IMG/VR virus record: IMGVR_UViG_3300010399_000031
Coordinates: 62,001-126,000 of that record
Strand: one strand, 5' to 3'
Length of the DNA: 64,000 bases
The notes beneath the pieces were generated by a model. The model saw only the letters and a list, made by a program, of their open reading frames with translations. It searched no databases and had not been told where the DNA came from. Below, one piece after another: positions 8,309 through 17,409 of the stretch. The first letter of the stretch is position 1; the number at the start of each line of letters is the position of its first letter. The translations under genes were made by a program, and so were the position numbers.

Positions 8309-8342
8309 CGGCATAAAGGGGTGGGCTGGACCCACCCCAAAA
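8308..8342. terminator. bidirectional terminator with TATGCC on the minus strand
   Basis: GGGGTGGG-CTGGA-CCCACCCC between convergent genes. Confidence 0.8.
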
Positions 8343-8349
8343 TATGCCC

Positions 8350-9456
8350 TTACATCCCGTTCACATCCACCAACTGACGTTCAATTTCATCGATTTCAGA
8401 CATCACGTCCATGAGTACACCGGGCGTGAGCACTTTCATCATGCTATTGCGCTTATACATTTTCATCTGTCGCAATACGTAATTCACTTCATTGCGGTTG
8501 GTTGTGGAAGCGCCAGCTTTACTCACGCGTACCAAAAAGTCCAGCGCAGGTAAGCGAGAAATGGAAAGCGCCCAGACCAACTGCTGCGTGGGAACCATTT
8601 GCGGCAACCGCATGAGTAGATCCAGATTCTCATCGGTTACAAGCGGTACTTCATGCATGATCCCACGAAAGTTACGACTAATCTTTTCCAGCAACTCCAG
8701 CATCCTCGTTTGCCACTCGGTCACACGTTGATCCCAGTGGACCAAAGGAAACGAGTGAGGACGTTTTGCTTCCCCTATTGGTTCACCCTTGAGCAGGGCG
8801 TGCATGCGGTTAAAGAGCGCATGGTCCAGATGTGAGTACATCATTTTCGGTAGCACGTACATGTGAACAAACTGCATCGTGCTCATCTGGTTTTCTTGGT
8901 AAAGGGTTTGCTGCTCCGCTTGCTCCAAGCGAAAGGAGCGGTACATCACTGCCAACAAGGGAATGTTCACCACCAGCACGGCAATACCGTAATCGGTCGA
9001 GTTATCATTGCCGTTCGGTAATTTTAAACCGAGGTCAGTAATGGGGTGACGCAGCACACGCACCGGAATCTGATCCTTCCAGTTTTTCTCGACTTCTACC
9101 CCATCAAAGTCCTCGTTCTCAGCAATGATAATTTCTGGACATTGAGGTCCGTAAAACACACCGGGGAAAATCTGACCCCGGTAGATGGATGATGTCATTT
9201 TTAATGCCATCGATAGATTCAATGACATAGCTTGTACGTTATCTTGGTAACGTACAATGTTCAGCGATAACGGCACATCGATGGACTGGATAAGACGGAC
9301 CAAAAAGTGATCAGACTCCACCGCCATCGGATGGGTCTGATAGTAGCGGATGACTGTCTCCAGATTGCGTTTCAGCCCATCGCGGATAGTATTCCATCCC
9401 GGCACCCTCGCGACAGCGCTCAACGTCTCTGGCATGGAATTGAATAAGCTGTACAT
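8350..9456 (-). CDS. conserved phiKZ-like protein, probably virion structural
   Basis: Long minus-strand ORF (388 aa maximal, likely start MYSLF at 9456) between polymerase and chimallin. Confidence 0.55.
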   Translation of the reverse strand: MYSLFNSMPETLSAVARVPGWNTIRDGLKRNLETVIRYYQTHPMAVESDHFLVRLIQSIDVPLSLNIVRYQDNVQAMSLNLSMALKMTSSIYRGQIFPGVFYGPQCPEIIIAENEDFDGVEVEKNWKDQIPVRVLRHPITDLGLKLPNGNDNSTDYGIAVLVVNIPLLAVMYRSFRLEQAEQQTLYQENQMSTMQFVHMYVLPKMMYSHLDHALFNRMHALLKGEPIGEAKRPHSFPLVHWDQRVTEWQTRMLELLEKISRNFRGIMHEVPLVTDENLDLLMRLPQMVPTQQLVWALSISRLPALDFLVRVSKAGASTTNRNEVNYVLRQMKMYKRNSMMKVLTPGVLMDVMSEIDEIERQLVDVNGM

Positions 9457-9527
9457 GGATGTCGTATCCAAGCAAGAAGAATAGAGGCTATAAAATACCG
9501 TCGGGAATTCCCACATCGGAGGAGAGA

Positions 9528-9839
9528 ATGAAAATTGTCACACGAGAAGAGTTTTTGAAGCTCCCCAAAGGAACGCTGTACTCGAAGTGGCAGCCGTGTG
9601 TTGCCGAAGAAATCCACATCAAAGATGAGACGGTGATGGATGACTTTTGCTGCGTTGAAATTTCCAACTCAACCAGCTTCTTATACACAAATGAGGTCAG
9701 CTCACCTGTGAATCTGGAGACACCCTATCGAGACGCATGCGCTCGTGACAAGGATCAGCTTTTCGCCGTCTGGGAACTGGAAGACCTGAAAGCTTTGGCT
9801 AAGGTAGTCAATCGCGCGATGGAGCTTGCACAGCAATGA
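9528..9839 (+). CDS. hypothetical phage protein
   Basis: GGAGGAG upstream of ATG 9528 (MKIVTREEFLKLPKGTLYSK). Confidence 0.65.
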   Translation: MKIVTREEFLKLPKGTLYSKWQPCVAEEIHIKDETVMDDFCCVEISNSTSFLYTNEVSSPVNLETPYRDACARDKDQLFAVWELEDLKALAKVVNRAMELAQQ

Positions 9840-9909
9840 CACGGCGAATCACTGGACGACTTTCTGCTGCGGTAGCGATTGCATCATTTACGGCTGATAT
9901 GGGAGTTGC

Positions 9910-10417
9910 GTGATGGATGAGAAAAGATCGTTCTTCGGTAATCTGGACAAGATCGAGAAGAGCAAGTCCCCGACTGGCAACTTCAAGATCATGACGATGA
10001 GTGAGTTGTACGAGGCTGTTCGATGCGCTGGCAGCATCGACGAATTCACGCACCTCATGCGTATCGAAGGTTTCGACTCGATCGATTCGTCATGATTGGT
10101 CAGAGCGCAACAATCATGACGAATCGATCGACAGCGCAATTCAGCACATTAAGAGCCCGGTGTCGATCATCGCGACCGTAGACGACCATCACTCGCAAGA
10201 ACTTATTGACAAGATTAAGGAGTTGAACAAATCGTTCGGCAGCCAAGTGGTGATTATCGATTCGTACACGGACAAATTCAAGTTCCCGAATCAGCCGCTA
10301 TACCCTTGCGGTGTTACAGTGTTCACAGAGAAGGAACAAGAAGACGTACTAGTCAAAAATCGATCTAAGGGCCCGCGTCATACCAAAAACCAACGTGGCT
10401 CATGGTGGAACCGATAA
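9910..10417 (+). pseudogene. gene apparently split into two frames by a 46-nt palindromic insert (pseudogene or recoded gene)
   Basis: ORF 9910-10095 and frame 10001-10417 fuse into one reading frame if 10086-10131 is removed. Confidence 0.4.
10078..10131. repeat. perfect 21-bp inverted repeat with 12-nt spacer
   Basis: TCGATCGATTCGTCATGATTG (10078-10098) / CAATCATGACGAATCGATCGA (10111-10131). Confidence 0.95.
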
Positions 10418-10436
10418 AGAAAGGTTAATTAAAAAA

Positions 10437-11165
10437 ATGGAAGAACTAGAACAGAAAGTACCGCTCGTGTTATTTTCAGGTGGAATGGATTCCACCTATC
10501 TACTTCAGTTCTATTTGGACTGGACTAATGTGGAAACGATGTATGTTCAAGCTAATACTCATCCTGACAAAGTCACGAAGGAACTCGAAGCGCGACAGAA
10601 GTTAATGAAGCTATTCGAGAAGTATTACAAATACCGTGTGTTGGATGACCACCAAGTCAATCTAACCGATGTGTGGCATTCGTGTGTTGAAGATCACAAC
10701 ACTCAACCGATCAGTTGGCTCACGGCAGCGCTTCTTAAGTACAACTCAAAAAGACACAGTGCAGTGGCGATTGGATATTTGCTGGGTGATCAAGCCCCAG
10801 CGTATCGTGAGCAACTGGAAGGCTTCTGGAGAAACGGCTGGATGTTGTTAAGAGGCCGCATGAGTCCTCCTCCCCCGCTTCTTTTCCCGCTCTTGGATCA
10901 ACACGTCTCTAAGGCATCTGTGGTGCGCGATATTGACAAATGTTTGATCATGTCGACCTGGGTGTGCGAGATACCTAACACGGTTGGTGAGTTTGCGCTC
11001 AAAAGGATCGTACCTTGTAAGAGGTGTCAGCCGTGTCGCTTACTTAGGAACACTATCGAAAACTGGGAAGAGGATAATAACAAGAAGTACTACACCGAAG
11101 CAATTAAAGCGCTTAATCCAGATCTGTACCCACCGAATGACCCATGTAAGGAAATTGCAGTGTAA
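10437..11165 (+). CDS. QueC-like PP-loop ATPase with Zn-binding C-terminus
   Basis: VLFSGGMDST PP-loop; TWVCE...CKRCQPC four-Cys cluster like QueC TxSCY...CGxCxxC. Confidence 0.7.
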   Translation: MEELEQKVPLVLFSGGMDSTYLLQFYLDWTNVETMYVQANTHPDKVTKELEARQKLMKLFEKYYKYRVLDDHQVNLTDVWHSCVEDHNTQPISWLTAALLKYNSKRHSAVAIGYLLGDQAPAYREQLEGFWRNGWMLLRGRMSPPPPLLFPLLDQHVSKASVVRDIDKCLIMSTWVCEIPNTVGEFALKRIVPCKRCQPCRLLRNTIENWEEDNNKKYYTEAIKALNPDLYPPNDPCKEIAV

Positions 11166-11250
11166 AGTAAGTCCAGTAAAAGGCGCGCTAAAAAACAATA
11201 GATGCACTTGTTGTATGGACTAGGACAGATAACGTTAACAAGGAAAAACA

Positions 11251-11559
11251 GTGGATTTAACCTGCGTAAATAGTCTGCTAAATGACAAGGCGTTTACCAT
11301 AGGGTTTCTCGTTGGCTCGCTTCTTTTCATTGTTTTCTGGATGTACTCCAGTTACATGAGGACGATGTACCTCATCGAAAAGAGCAGAAGCGATAACCGA
11401 ACCGCTACGAAGCTGGGCGAGAAGTTTTACTACATCGTTCCGGAAACGCAATACACCCAATCCGAGTTAGCACAGATTTGCAAACGACCGTATCAAGCAG
11501 TAGAACTTGACCAATATCGATCAGCAATCGAAGATGGAGAGAAAAAACAAAAGGATTAG
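11251..11559 (+). CDS. membrane-anchored hypothetical protein
   Basis: AFTIGFLVGSLLFIVFWMY hydrophobic helix; AAGGA upstream. Confidence 0.6.
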   Translation: MDLTCVNSLLNDKAFTIGFLVGSLLFIVFWMYSSYMRTMYLIEKSRSDNRTATKLGEKFYYIVPETQYTQSELAQICKRPYQAVELDQYRSAIEDGEKKQKD

Positions 11560-11740
11560 ACTTCCTCACTTTGTTCCTGATCCGTGTCGGGGTGTATTGT
11601 GGCAATGCACGGATGGGAAGTACTCTGGGTATGGCAATACCAAGAGAGAAGCTTTATCAGGTTGGCTTGAAGCCAGACTGATTAAACTCACGCAGAAAGA
11701 GCCAAGAGTGGGCTCTGACGGCAAACGGCGACACTGGTGA
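11534..11740 (+). CDS. small hypothetical protein
   Basis: WQC...GYGNTKREALSGW, overlaps the previous gene end. Confidence 0.5.
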   Translation: MERKNKRIRLPHFVPDPCRGVLWQCTDGKYSGYGNTKREALSGWLEARLIKLTQKEPRVGSDGKRRHW

Positions 11741-11761
11741 AAGGTGGTTGAAAGTTTAGCA

Positions 11762-11774
11762 ATAAATTTTTACT
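11762..11774 (+). promoter_or_regulatory. middle-promoter-like element upstream of chimallin
   Basis: ATAAATTTTTACT, identical copy at 19414-19426; resembles the phiKZ middle consensus (AAnnnTTAC-type, recalled). Confidence 0.55.
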
Positions 11775-11884
11775 ACCTTGGTATAGATACTATAGGAGAA
11801 GAGCTACACTCAACTCTTACCTACCACGGTTCTCCTGCCGTGGTAGGGACCCCACCTGTGATCGCGATATAGGTCGATTGAAAG

Positions 11885-11904
11885 AAAAATTGGCTATATA
11901 TCAC
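11885..11904 (+). promoter_or_regulatory. early-promoter-like element upstream of chimallin
   Basis: AAAAATTGGCTATATATCAC; resembles the phiKZ early TATATTAC motif and copies at 20338 and 34169. Confidence 0.6.
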
Positions 11905-11969
11905 AAACTTGCATAGTGGTAACACTGTGTTTGCGCAAACATGTTTTCATCAAGGAAGAAAGGAAAATC

Positions 11970-13922
11970 ATGACTCTGAAGACCAATCAATCCCGTGGCG
12001 GTCAAACCTCGATGGGTGCAGCTTACGCTGAAGCATCGCAGCGTCAGCCTGGTGCACAAACGGGTGCGGAGACCACGCAGGGAATGCCGCGTGAAGGCGC
12101 TGTGTCGCCCGAGACGTTCAGCATTCGTCAAATGTCGGCGCTGTTCGAACTTCCGGCAGCCGCCAACACGCAGTCGGAAGTTCTGGCCAAGGCTCGCAGC
12201 GTCCTGGAGGCCGATGTCAAAGCCGTGCCGGATCAGCAGTTCGACATCAAGATCATCGGTCTTGATCGTGAAAACCCGGCGCTGCACATCGGCGTCTCGG
12301 TGATCGTGATCGGCGTCTCGGTTCGTCAGAACCAAAACTACGGCATGGGTTACCACGTTCTGCTGCTCGCCGCAAGCGCGCCGGAGCCGGGTACGCAAAC
12401 GTTCCAGTACGCGCAAAACCGCACCGTCGAAGTCAAGCAAGTGGTGGGCGATGCATGGGACGATATCATGCGCACCGAAGTGAATAAGGAGCTTCAGCGC
12501 ATGTTCCCGAACGTGCCGCTATACTCGGGTGAAGCGCGTGTCGTGCATACGAACTTCAACTGGGACGACCAGACGCGCGTGAAGACGTTGCGTGCCGAAG
12601 TCGTGACGGCTGCTGCGATGGCGCTGGCCAAGTCGTTGCCCGACTTCAAGGACGTGAACCTCAAGCGCATCGAAGTCGACAACACGCTCTCGCTCACGAC
12701 GCAGTTCAAGCAACCGCAGATCACCGATTCGACCGGTCTGCCGATTCGTGCCGACATCCGCATCACGTTCAAGGCCGGTCAAACGCAGCGCAACCCGAAT
12801 CAGCTACAATCGCCGAACACGGAAAAGCCCCAGGAGATCACCTCCATCGCCGGCTACATGGATCTGATCCACATTCGGCAAGCGGCGGCCAATCCGTATC
12901 TGGCTCCGCAGCAGCAAGTCGAGTACGATCCGGCCACGGGTCGTCCGGTACCGGTGCGCCCGTTCATTCCGCGTTTCGTGATCACGCGTCTGCGTTCGGG
13001 TCGTGCTGCGACGCTTTCGCAGCAGTTGCTCGGCCTCGTGACGGTCTTCACACTGCGTAAGCCCGGTGCATACTACCCGCAATTCAAACCCGATTACGGC
13101 GTTCAGAACAACGACGGTATCGATCTTCGGGATGTGGGTGCACTCGGCCTCGTGATGGTCAATCCGCAAACAGGAGCGCCGGTGGGTCGTATTCCGACTA
13201 AGCAAGATACGTTCCGGGAATCGGATCTGGGTATTTTGCTGCACTCGGCTTGCCGCGCTGGTCTTGTCGTCTCGATGGATATCGACGAGTGTGGTGATGA
13301 CACGTGGATGAACGCTCCGTTCGCGGAAGCGGCTCAGACCGTTAATCCGGCCAAACGTCAGGCAGCCACCGAGTTGTTGTTTGACTCGATGAACTATCTG
13401 ACTGCCGGTAAGTTGGCCAACCACTTCCAGCGCGGTGCGGAGATCTGCTTCAACGAAAACAACCGCATCATCAACGGCTACTACACTGGTCGGGGCGGCG
13501 CGCTGTGCGACGCTCGTGACCTGGACGAACTGGCGATGCTCAACCTGATGGGAGAGCGTGACATGAAGGTCGTCACGGACTGGGAAGATACCTATCTGCG
13601 TAGCGAGTTCCCGCTGGAACAACGACTCGACGCCCGACTGGAAACGATGAAGAACCTGATGCCGGATCTGAAGGTGACCGGTATGTCCACACGTGTGACC
13701 TTCACCGACGCCTTCTTGAAGGCATCCACGAAGGCTGTGGCCGAAACGGGTCTGACCATCAAGGAAGTCTCCGCGTGGGCTGGGATGCAAGGGTTCGATG
13801 CCCCGACGTACCAGTTCGCTGGTGTCGCACTCGGTGGTTACGAAGCGACGAATCTGTTCCAAGCAGCTGGTGGTGGTGGCATGGGAACGTCCTACACGGG
13901 CGGTACCGGGCGCTGGCGCTAA
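11970..13922 (+). CDS. chmA: chimallin, major nuclear shell protein (phiKZ gp54-like)
   Basis: 650 aa, very strong codon bias, own promoters and terminator, immediately upstream of the NADFDGD-containing RNAP subunit (conserved Chimalliviridae synteny). Confidence 0.85.
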   Translation: MTLKTNQSRGGQTSMGAAYAEASQRQPGAQTGAETTQGMPREGAVSPETFSIRQMSALFELPAAANTQSEVLAKARSVLEADVKAVPDQQFDIKIIGLDRENPALHIGVSVIVIGVSVRQNQNYGMGYHVLLLAASAPEPGTQTFQYAQNRTVEVKQVVGDAWDDIMRTEVNKELQRMFPNVPLYSGEARVVHTNFNWDDQTRVKTLRAEVVTAAAMALAKSLPDFKDVNLKRIEVDNTLSLTTQFKQPQITDSTGLPIRADIRITFKAGQTQRNPNQLQSPNTEKPQEITSIAGYMDLIHIRQAAANPYLAPQQQVEYDPATGRPVPVRPFIPRFVITRLRSGRAATLSQQLLGLVTVFTLRKPGAYYPQFKPDYGVQNNDGIDLRDVGALGLVMVNPQTGAPVGRIPTKQDTFRESDLGILLHSACRAGLVVSMDIDECGDDTWMNAPFAEAAQTVNPAKRQAATELLFDSMNYLTAGKLANHFQRGAEICFNENNRIINGYYTGRGGALCDARDLDELAMLNLMGERDMKVVTDWEDTYLRSEFPLEQRLDARLETMKNLMPDLKVTGMSTRVTFTDAFLKASTKAVAETGLTIKEVSAWAGMQGFDAPTYQFAGVALGGYEATNLFQAAGGGGMGTSYTGGTGRWR

Positions 13923-13949
13923 GTTGTACGGTAGCTGAAGTAATGTGAG

Positions 13950-13980
13950 AAAAGAGGAGATTGAAATCTCCTCTTTTTTT
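13950..13980 (+). terminator. intrinsic terminator after chimallin
   Basis: AAAAGAGGAGAT-TGAA-ATCTCCTCTTTT plus T-tract. Confidence 0.85.
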
Positions 13981-14006
13981 CTTAAAGCTATCGTACGGAG
14001 GTAATC

Positions 14007-15491
14007 TTGGGAGTCAGTCTCGCGTTAGCAGATTTGGACGTCGTACATCGTAGCTGTCAACACGTCGTTCACGTGGTAAATGACATTTCGGTTGCCTTGG
14101 CAAGCGAGAAGGAGGATTTTAACCGCAAGATCATGACGCGGTTCTCCGGGGATGATTTGCTGAGCAATTTACCCAGTTGTTATTGCGGCCAGACAACAGG
14201 AGAGCAAAACAAGTATGACATCTGTAACGTGTGTCATACGCCTGTTATCGATTCAACGATGCAGGAGTTGGAACCGATCGTGTGGATGAGGGCTCCCAAT
14301 GGAGTCAGGTCACTCATCAACCCGCTATTTTGGACTATGATTTCGGAGTTCTTCTCGCGAGGAAACTTCGATGTCTTGCGCTGGATTGCGGACACGAACT
14401 ATCACCCAGTGGCACGCGTGCCAGCAGTGATGGAAGCAGTCAAAGCAGTTATTCCAGACCGTGGGTATAACTATTTCATCGATAACTTCTTGGACGGCGA
14501 TCGAATCATTGAACGCCTGATGGAGTTGAAAGTCTATCGTACGCCACCTAAGAGGAAGGTTGCGACCGATTTGATGGAGATGATACGGCGATATCGACAC
14601 TGTCTGTTCCCGCAACACGTTCCTTTCCCGAACAAAGCGCTCGTCGTTCTCGAACGCAGTAACGTCGGCAATTACATCGACACCACGATTAGCGGCGTGG
14701 TCGATGCGATTCGCACGATGACAGGTATTGACCTTCCAGAAAACAACTTCTCGATCCGGACCAAGGAGAACCGGACCATCAAGACGTTGTGTCAGTACGG
14801 CGAGTTCCACCTCGAATGGGCTTCGAAGTCGCTGGCTGGCAAACCGGGGATTTTGCGCAAGCACGTCTATGGTTCACGGTCGGACTTCAGTTTCCGAGCA
14901 GTGATCACCTCCATCAGCGACGCACATCGCTACGACGATATTTATATCTCGTGGGGTATCGCAGTGTCGGTGTTCAGACTGCACCTGGCGAACAAGCTCG
15001 ATCGCCTGGGGTGGCTCTCGAACCAGATCGTTGGATTTCTCGACGAACATGCGCAAAAGTTTCACCCGCTTCTGGCCAAGCTTTTTGACGAGTTGATTAC
15101 CGAATCACCGGGGGGAAGAATCCCGGTTATCCTCGGTCGCAATCCGTCGCTTCAGCGTGGCTCGACACAGCAGTTGTTTATTAGTCGGGTCAAGCATGAT
15201 GTGCAGATCCCGACCATCTCGCTCTCGGTGCTCGTGTTGCGCAGTTTCAATGCGGACTTCGATGGCGATCAGGTCAATGTTTCACTCGCGCTCGATAACC
15301 GTACCGCGCAGGACCAACGCGCACTTGCTCCTCACATGAGCACGTTGGATTTGGATGAACCGTATCACATTTCTTCCAGTCTTTCGCTACCGAAACCGGT
15401 GGTGAGTTCGATTGTGGAATGGATGCACGACGATGAAGGACCTCTGACACCTGAAGAACAACGCATGATGGATGCAATACCTGACGCTTAA
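14007..15491 (+). CDS. non-virion RNA polymerase beta-prime N-terminal subunit (phiKZ gp55-like)
   Basis: Catalytic FNADFDGDQ; Zn-finger CYCG...CNVC; LGRNPSL; TTG start after GGAGG. Confidence 0.92.
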   Translation: MGVSLALADLDVVHRSCQHVVHVVNDISVALASEKEDFNRKIMTRFSGDDLLSNLPSCYCGQTTGEQNKYDICNVCHTPVIDSTMQELEPIVWMRAPNGVRSLINPLFWTMISEFFSRGNFDVLRWIADTNYHPVARVPAVMEAVKAVIPDRGYNYFIDNFLDGDRIIERLMELKVYRTPPKRKVATDLMEMIRRYRHCLFPQHVPFPNKALVVLERSNVGNYIDTTISGVVDAIRTMTGIDLPENNFSIRTKENRTIKTLCQYGEFHLEWASKSLAGKPGILRKHVYGSRSDFSFRAVITSISDAHRYDDIYISWGIAVSVFRLHLANKLDRLGWLSNQIVGFLDEHAQKFHPLLAKLFDELITESPGGRIPVILGRNPSLQRGSTQQLFISRVKHDVQIPTISLSVLVLRSFNADFDGDQVNVSLALDNRTAQDQRALAPHMSTLDLDEPYHISSSLSLPKPVVSSIVEWMHDDEGPLTPEEQRMMDAIPDA

Positions 15492-15514
15492 TTAATTGCA
15501 AAGGAGGTGAGTGG

Positions 15515-16126
15515 ATGTACGCTCCTGCAATGAGTGACTTCGACACACTGGCGTATGGGACTCCTCACCCAGGAACTCTCAGTTATATACGCCAGAAGTT
15601 TGACACCTTATCGACCGCACTGTCCGATAAGGGAGCAGCCTTCATGGCTGATGCACGGCAGAGGTGGGATCAATTCATGGGTTCGGCCGCGATTCGCAAG
15701 GCGCGAGCCGTGAAAGAGAAGTTGTTGGACGGGATGTATCTGCGCAACGAGATTTTGACGTATGACAGCATCGGGCAGTTCCAGTCGGCACCGCCATTGA
15801 TGCAAAACATCATCATGTCCGAACCACTGATCAGGCAGATGTATTACGATCAGCGTATCGATGGCTATTCCGGCTCATATGTCGATCCTAACCCCGGTTG
15901 TATCGGGTGGGATGATCCGACTTATCGGATGGTCATGAACGGCGTACTGGTGGATCACCCGGAGCACGACTTCCACTGTCGGATCGTGCTCGATGATTTG
16001 CCAGAAGGTGTCGCGCCGCTTGACATCGATCAGAAGTCCAACGCCATCGGTACGTGGGAGGCAGCGCGGGCCTTTATCGAGGCCGGTAAGCACGACATTA
16101 CCGATTTGCTGGGCGGGATGATGTAG
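15515..16126 (+). CDS. conserved Chimalliviridae core protein (position of phiKZ gp59)
   Basis: 203-aa ORF with AGGAGG upstream; synteny only. Confidence 0.5.
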   Translation: MYAPAMSDFDTLAYGTPHPGTLSYIRQKFDTLSTALSDKGAAFMADARQRWDQFMGSAAIRKARAVKEKLLDGMYLRNEILTYDSIGQFQSAPPLMQNIIMSEPLIRQMYYDQRIDGYSGSYVDPNPGCIGWDDPTYRMVMNGVLVDHPEHDFHCRIVLDDLPEGVAPLDIDQKSNAIGTWEAARAFIEAGKHDITDLLGGMM

Positions 16127-16164
16127 GAAAGAGCATTGCGCAAGTGGTTGTTTCATGAAGTTTA

Positions 16165-16194
16165 AAGGGAGACTTCGGTCTCCCTTCTTTTTTT
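16165..16194 (+). terminator. intrinsic terminator
   Basis: AAGGGAGAC-TTCG-GTCTCCCTT plus T-tract. Confidence 0.85.
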
Positions 16195-16255
16195 GTCAAC
16201 TTCTTCAAATACAAACGAGGTTAATGCTGTGTATTCAAAACACAGCAGGTAACTT

Positions 16256-16693
16256 ATGTCCACGCTCAATTCATCCGTCATTGCATTGCCGATGTTTGCT
16301 AGTTCGGGTTGGACCACTTCTTTGAACGAAAAAGCTGACGGGATCTTGTCGCAGTTCTTTGAAGCAGACGCCTTGCAATCCGAGCTTTATCAAGGTAATG
16401 TCAGCAGTTTGCAGTATCTGATTCACGAGTACAACAACGACCCGATTAAAATGGTCAGCGCCATCAGATCGGCGTTGGAGAATCTCTTAGGTCGTTATTA
16501 TCCACAAGGGTGTAACGTCGAAGTGACCTCCGATGCCACGAGCCCGACTTGGGTTGGGTCGCAATACGACATCAAGATCACCGCGCTTGTCACGGAAAAC
16601 GGCGCGCAGCAATCATTCGGCTATCTTGTCTCGGCCGAGAACTCCATCATCAGCAATATCGCCCGGATCAATAACTCTGGTCCTGCATTCTAA
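16256..16693 (+). CDS. conserved protein, possibly T4 gp25-like baseplate/sheath initiator fold
   Basis: IRSALENLLGRYYP...VEVTSD...YDIKIT pattern resembles gp25-like proteins; by eye only. Confidence 0.35.
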   Translation: MSTLNSSVIALPMFASSGWTTSLNEKADGILSQFFEADALQSELYQGNVSSLQYLIHEYNNDPIKMVSAIRSALENLLGRYYPQGCNVEVTSDATSPTWVGSQYDIKITALVTENGAQQSFGYLVSAENSIISNIARINNSGPAF

Positions 16694-16753
16694 TCAGATG
16701 TTTTTTCAGCGTGTGAATCCATGTTGTAGTGGGAAAATACCGGAGAATAAGAC

Positions 16754-17389
16754 ATGGTTGCGCCAACCCAAGCGAATAATCCCGCGCTAAAAGCGCTGGT
16801 CGATCAATGGTCGAACAAGGTCGGTAACGAGTTCGACCGCGTTCAAAATCGGATTGACCCGACCCAACTGGAAGGTAAGTTGGAGATGAACGAGTTTCAT
16901 TTCCGAGCGTTCATCGATTTCTTTGCCGGAAAGGAAGAAATGATGTACTTCGGCAAAGGTCGTCAAGCGCATGAGCGCGCGCTCGCTATTTGGCTGAACC
17001 ATTCGGGTGGTGGTCTGCGAGAAGTGGATGTAGTGAAAACGATCGATGGACAGCAACAGGTCGTCTTTACCGTACCACCCGTGTACGATCGCACGATGAT
17101 CGAGCCCGCACTGCGAGAACCTGACAAACCGTCGGTGTACGGCGCGGTCGTCAATGCCAACACTATCTCCAGTCATTCCGCTCAACACGCCGAGAATTAC
17201 CTGAAGCGACACCTCGATGAACGATTGGATACCATGTGGCATCCGGAGGTGATGCGCAAAAACGCCGAAGCATGGAACAAGATTTTCACCTACTACGGAC
17301 TGCCTGCGTTGGTACCGGCACTCACAGGTGAGAAGCCAAATACGACCGATTCGTCGAAAGACGAAGTCGTCGGTTTTGATCCGTTGTAA
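16754..17389 (+). CDS. conserved hypothetical protein
   Basis: 211-aa ORF with GGAG upstream, in core block. Confidence 0.65.
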   Translation: MVAPTQANNPALKALVDQWSNKVGNEFDRVQNRIDPTQLEGKLEMNEFHFRAFIDFFAGKEEMMYFGKGRQAHERALAIWLNHSGGGLREVDVVKTIDGQQQVVFTVPPVYDRTMIEPALREPDKPSVYGAVVNANTISSHSAQHAENYLKRHLDERLDTMWHPEVMRKNAEAWNKIFTYYGLPALVPALTGEKPNTTDSSKDEVVGFDPL

Positions 17390-17409
17390 ATCCTTCATGG
17401 AGTGTTACC

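Noticed and set aside
10437-11165. 7-deazaguanine DNA modification pathway
   Set aside because: Only a QueC-like gene is present; no partner genes in the window, so the pathway cannot be claimed
12804-13862. Long antisense ORFs opposite chimallin and head genes (also 47648-48670, 56895-57950, 58664-59992, 59989-61326)
   Set aside because: Shadow ORFs expected from strong third-position GC bias on the sense strand; no RBS or motifs
14007-15491. Intron in the RNAP beta-prime N gene, as in phiKZ gp55/56.1
   Set aside because: ORF is continuous through NADFDGD
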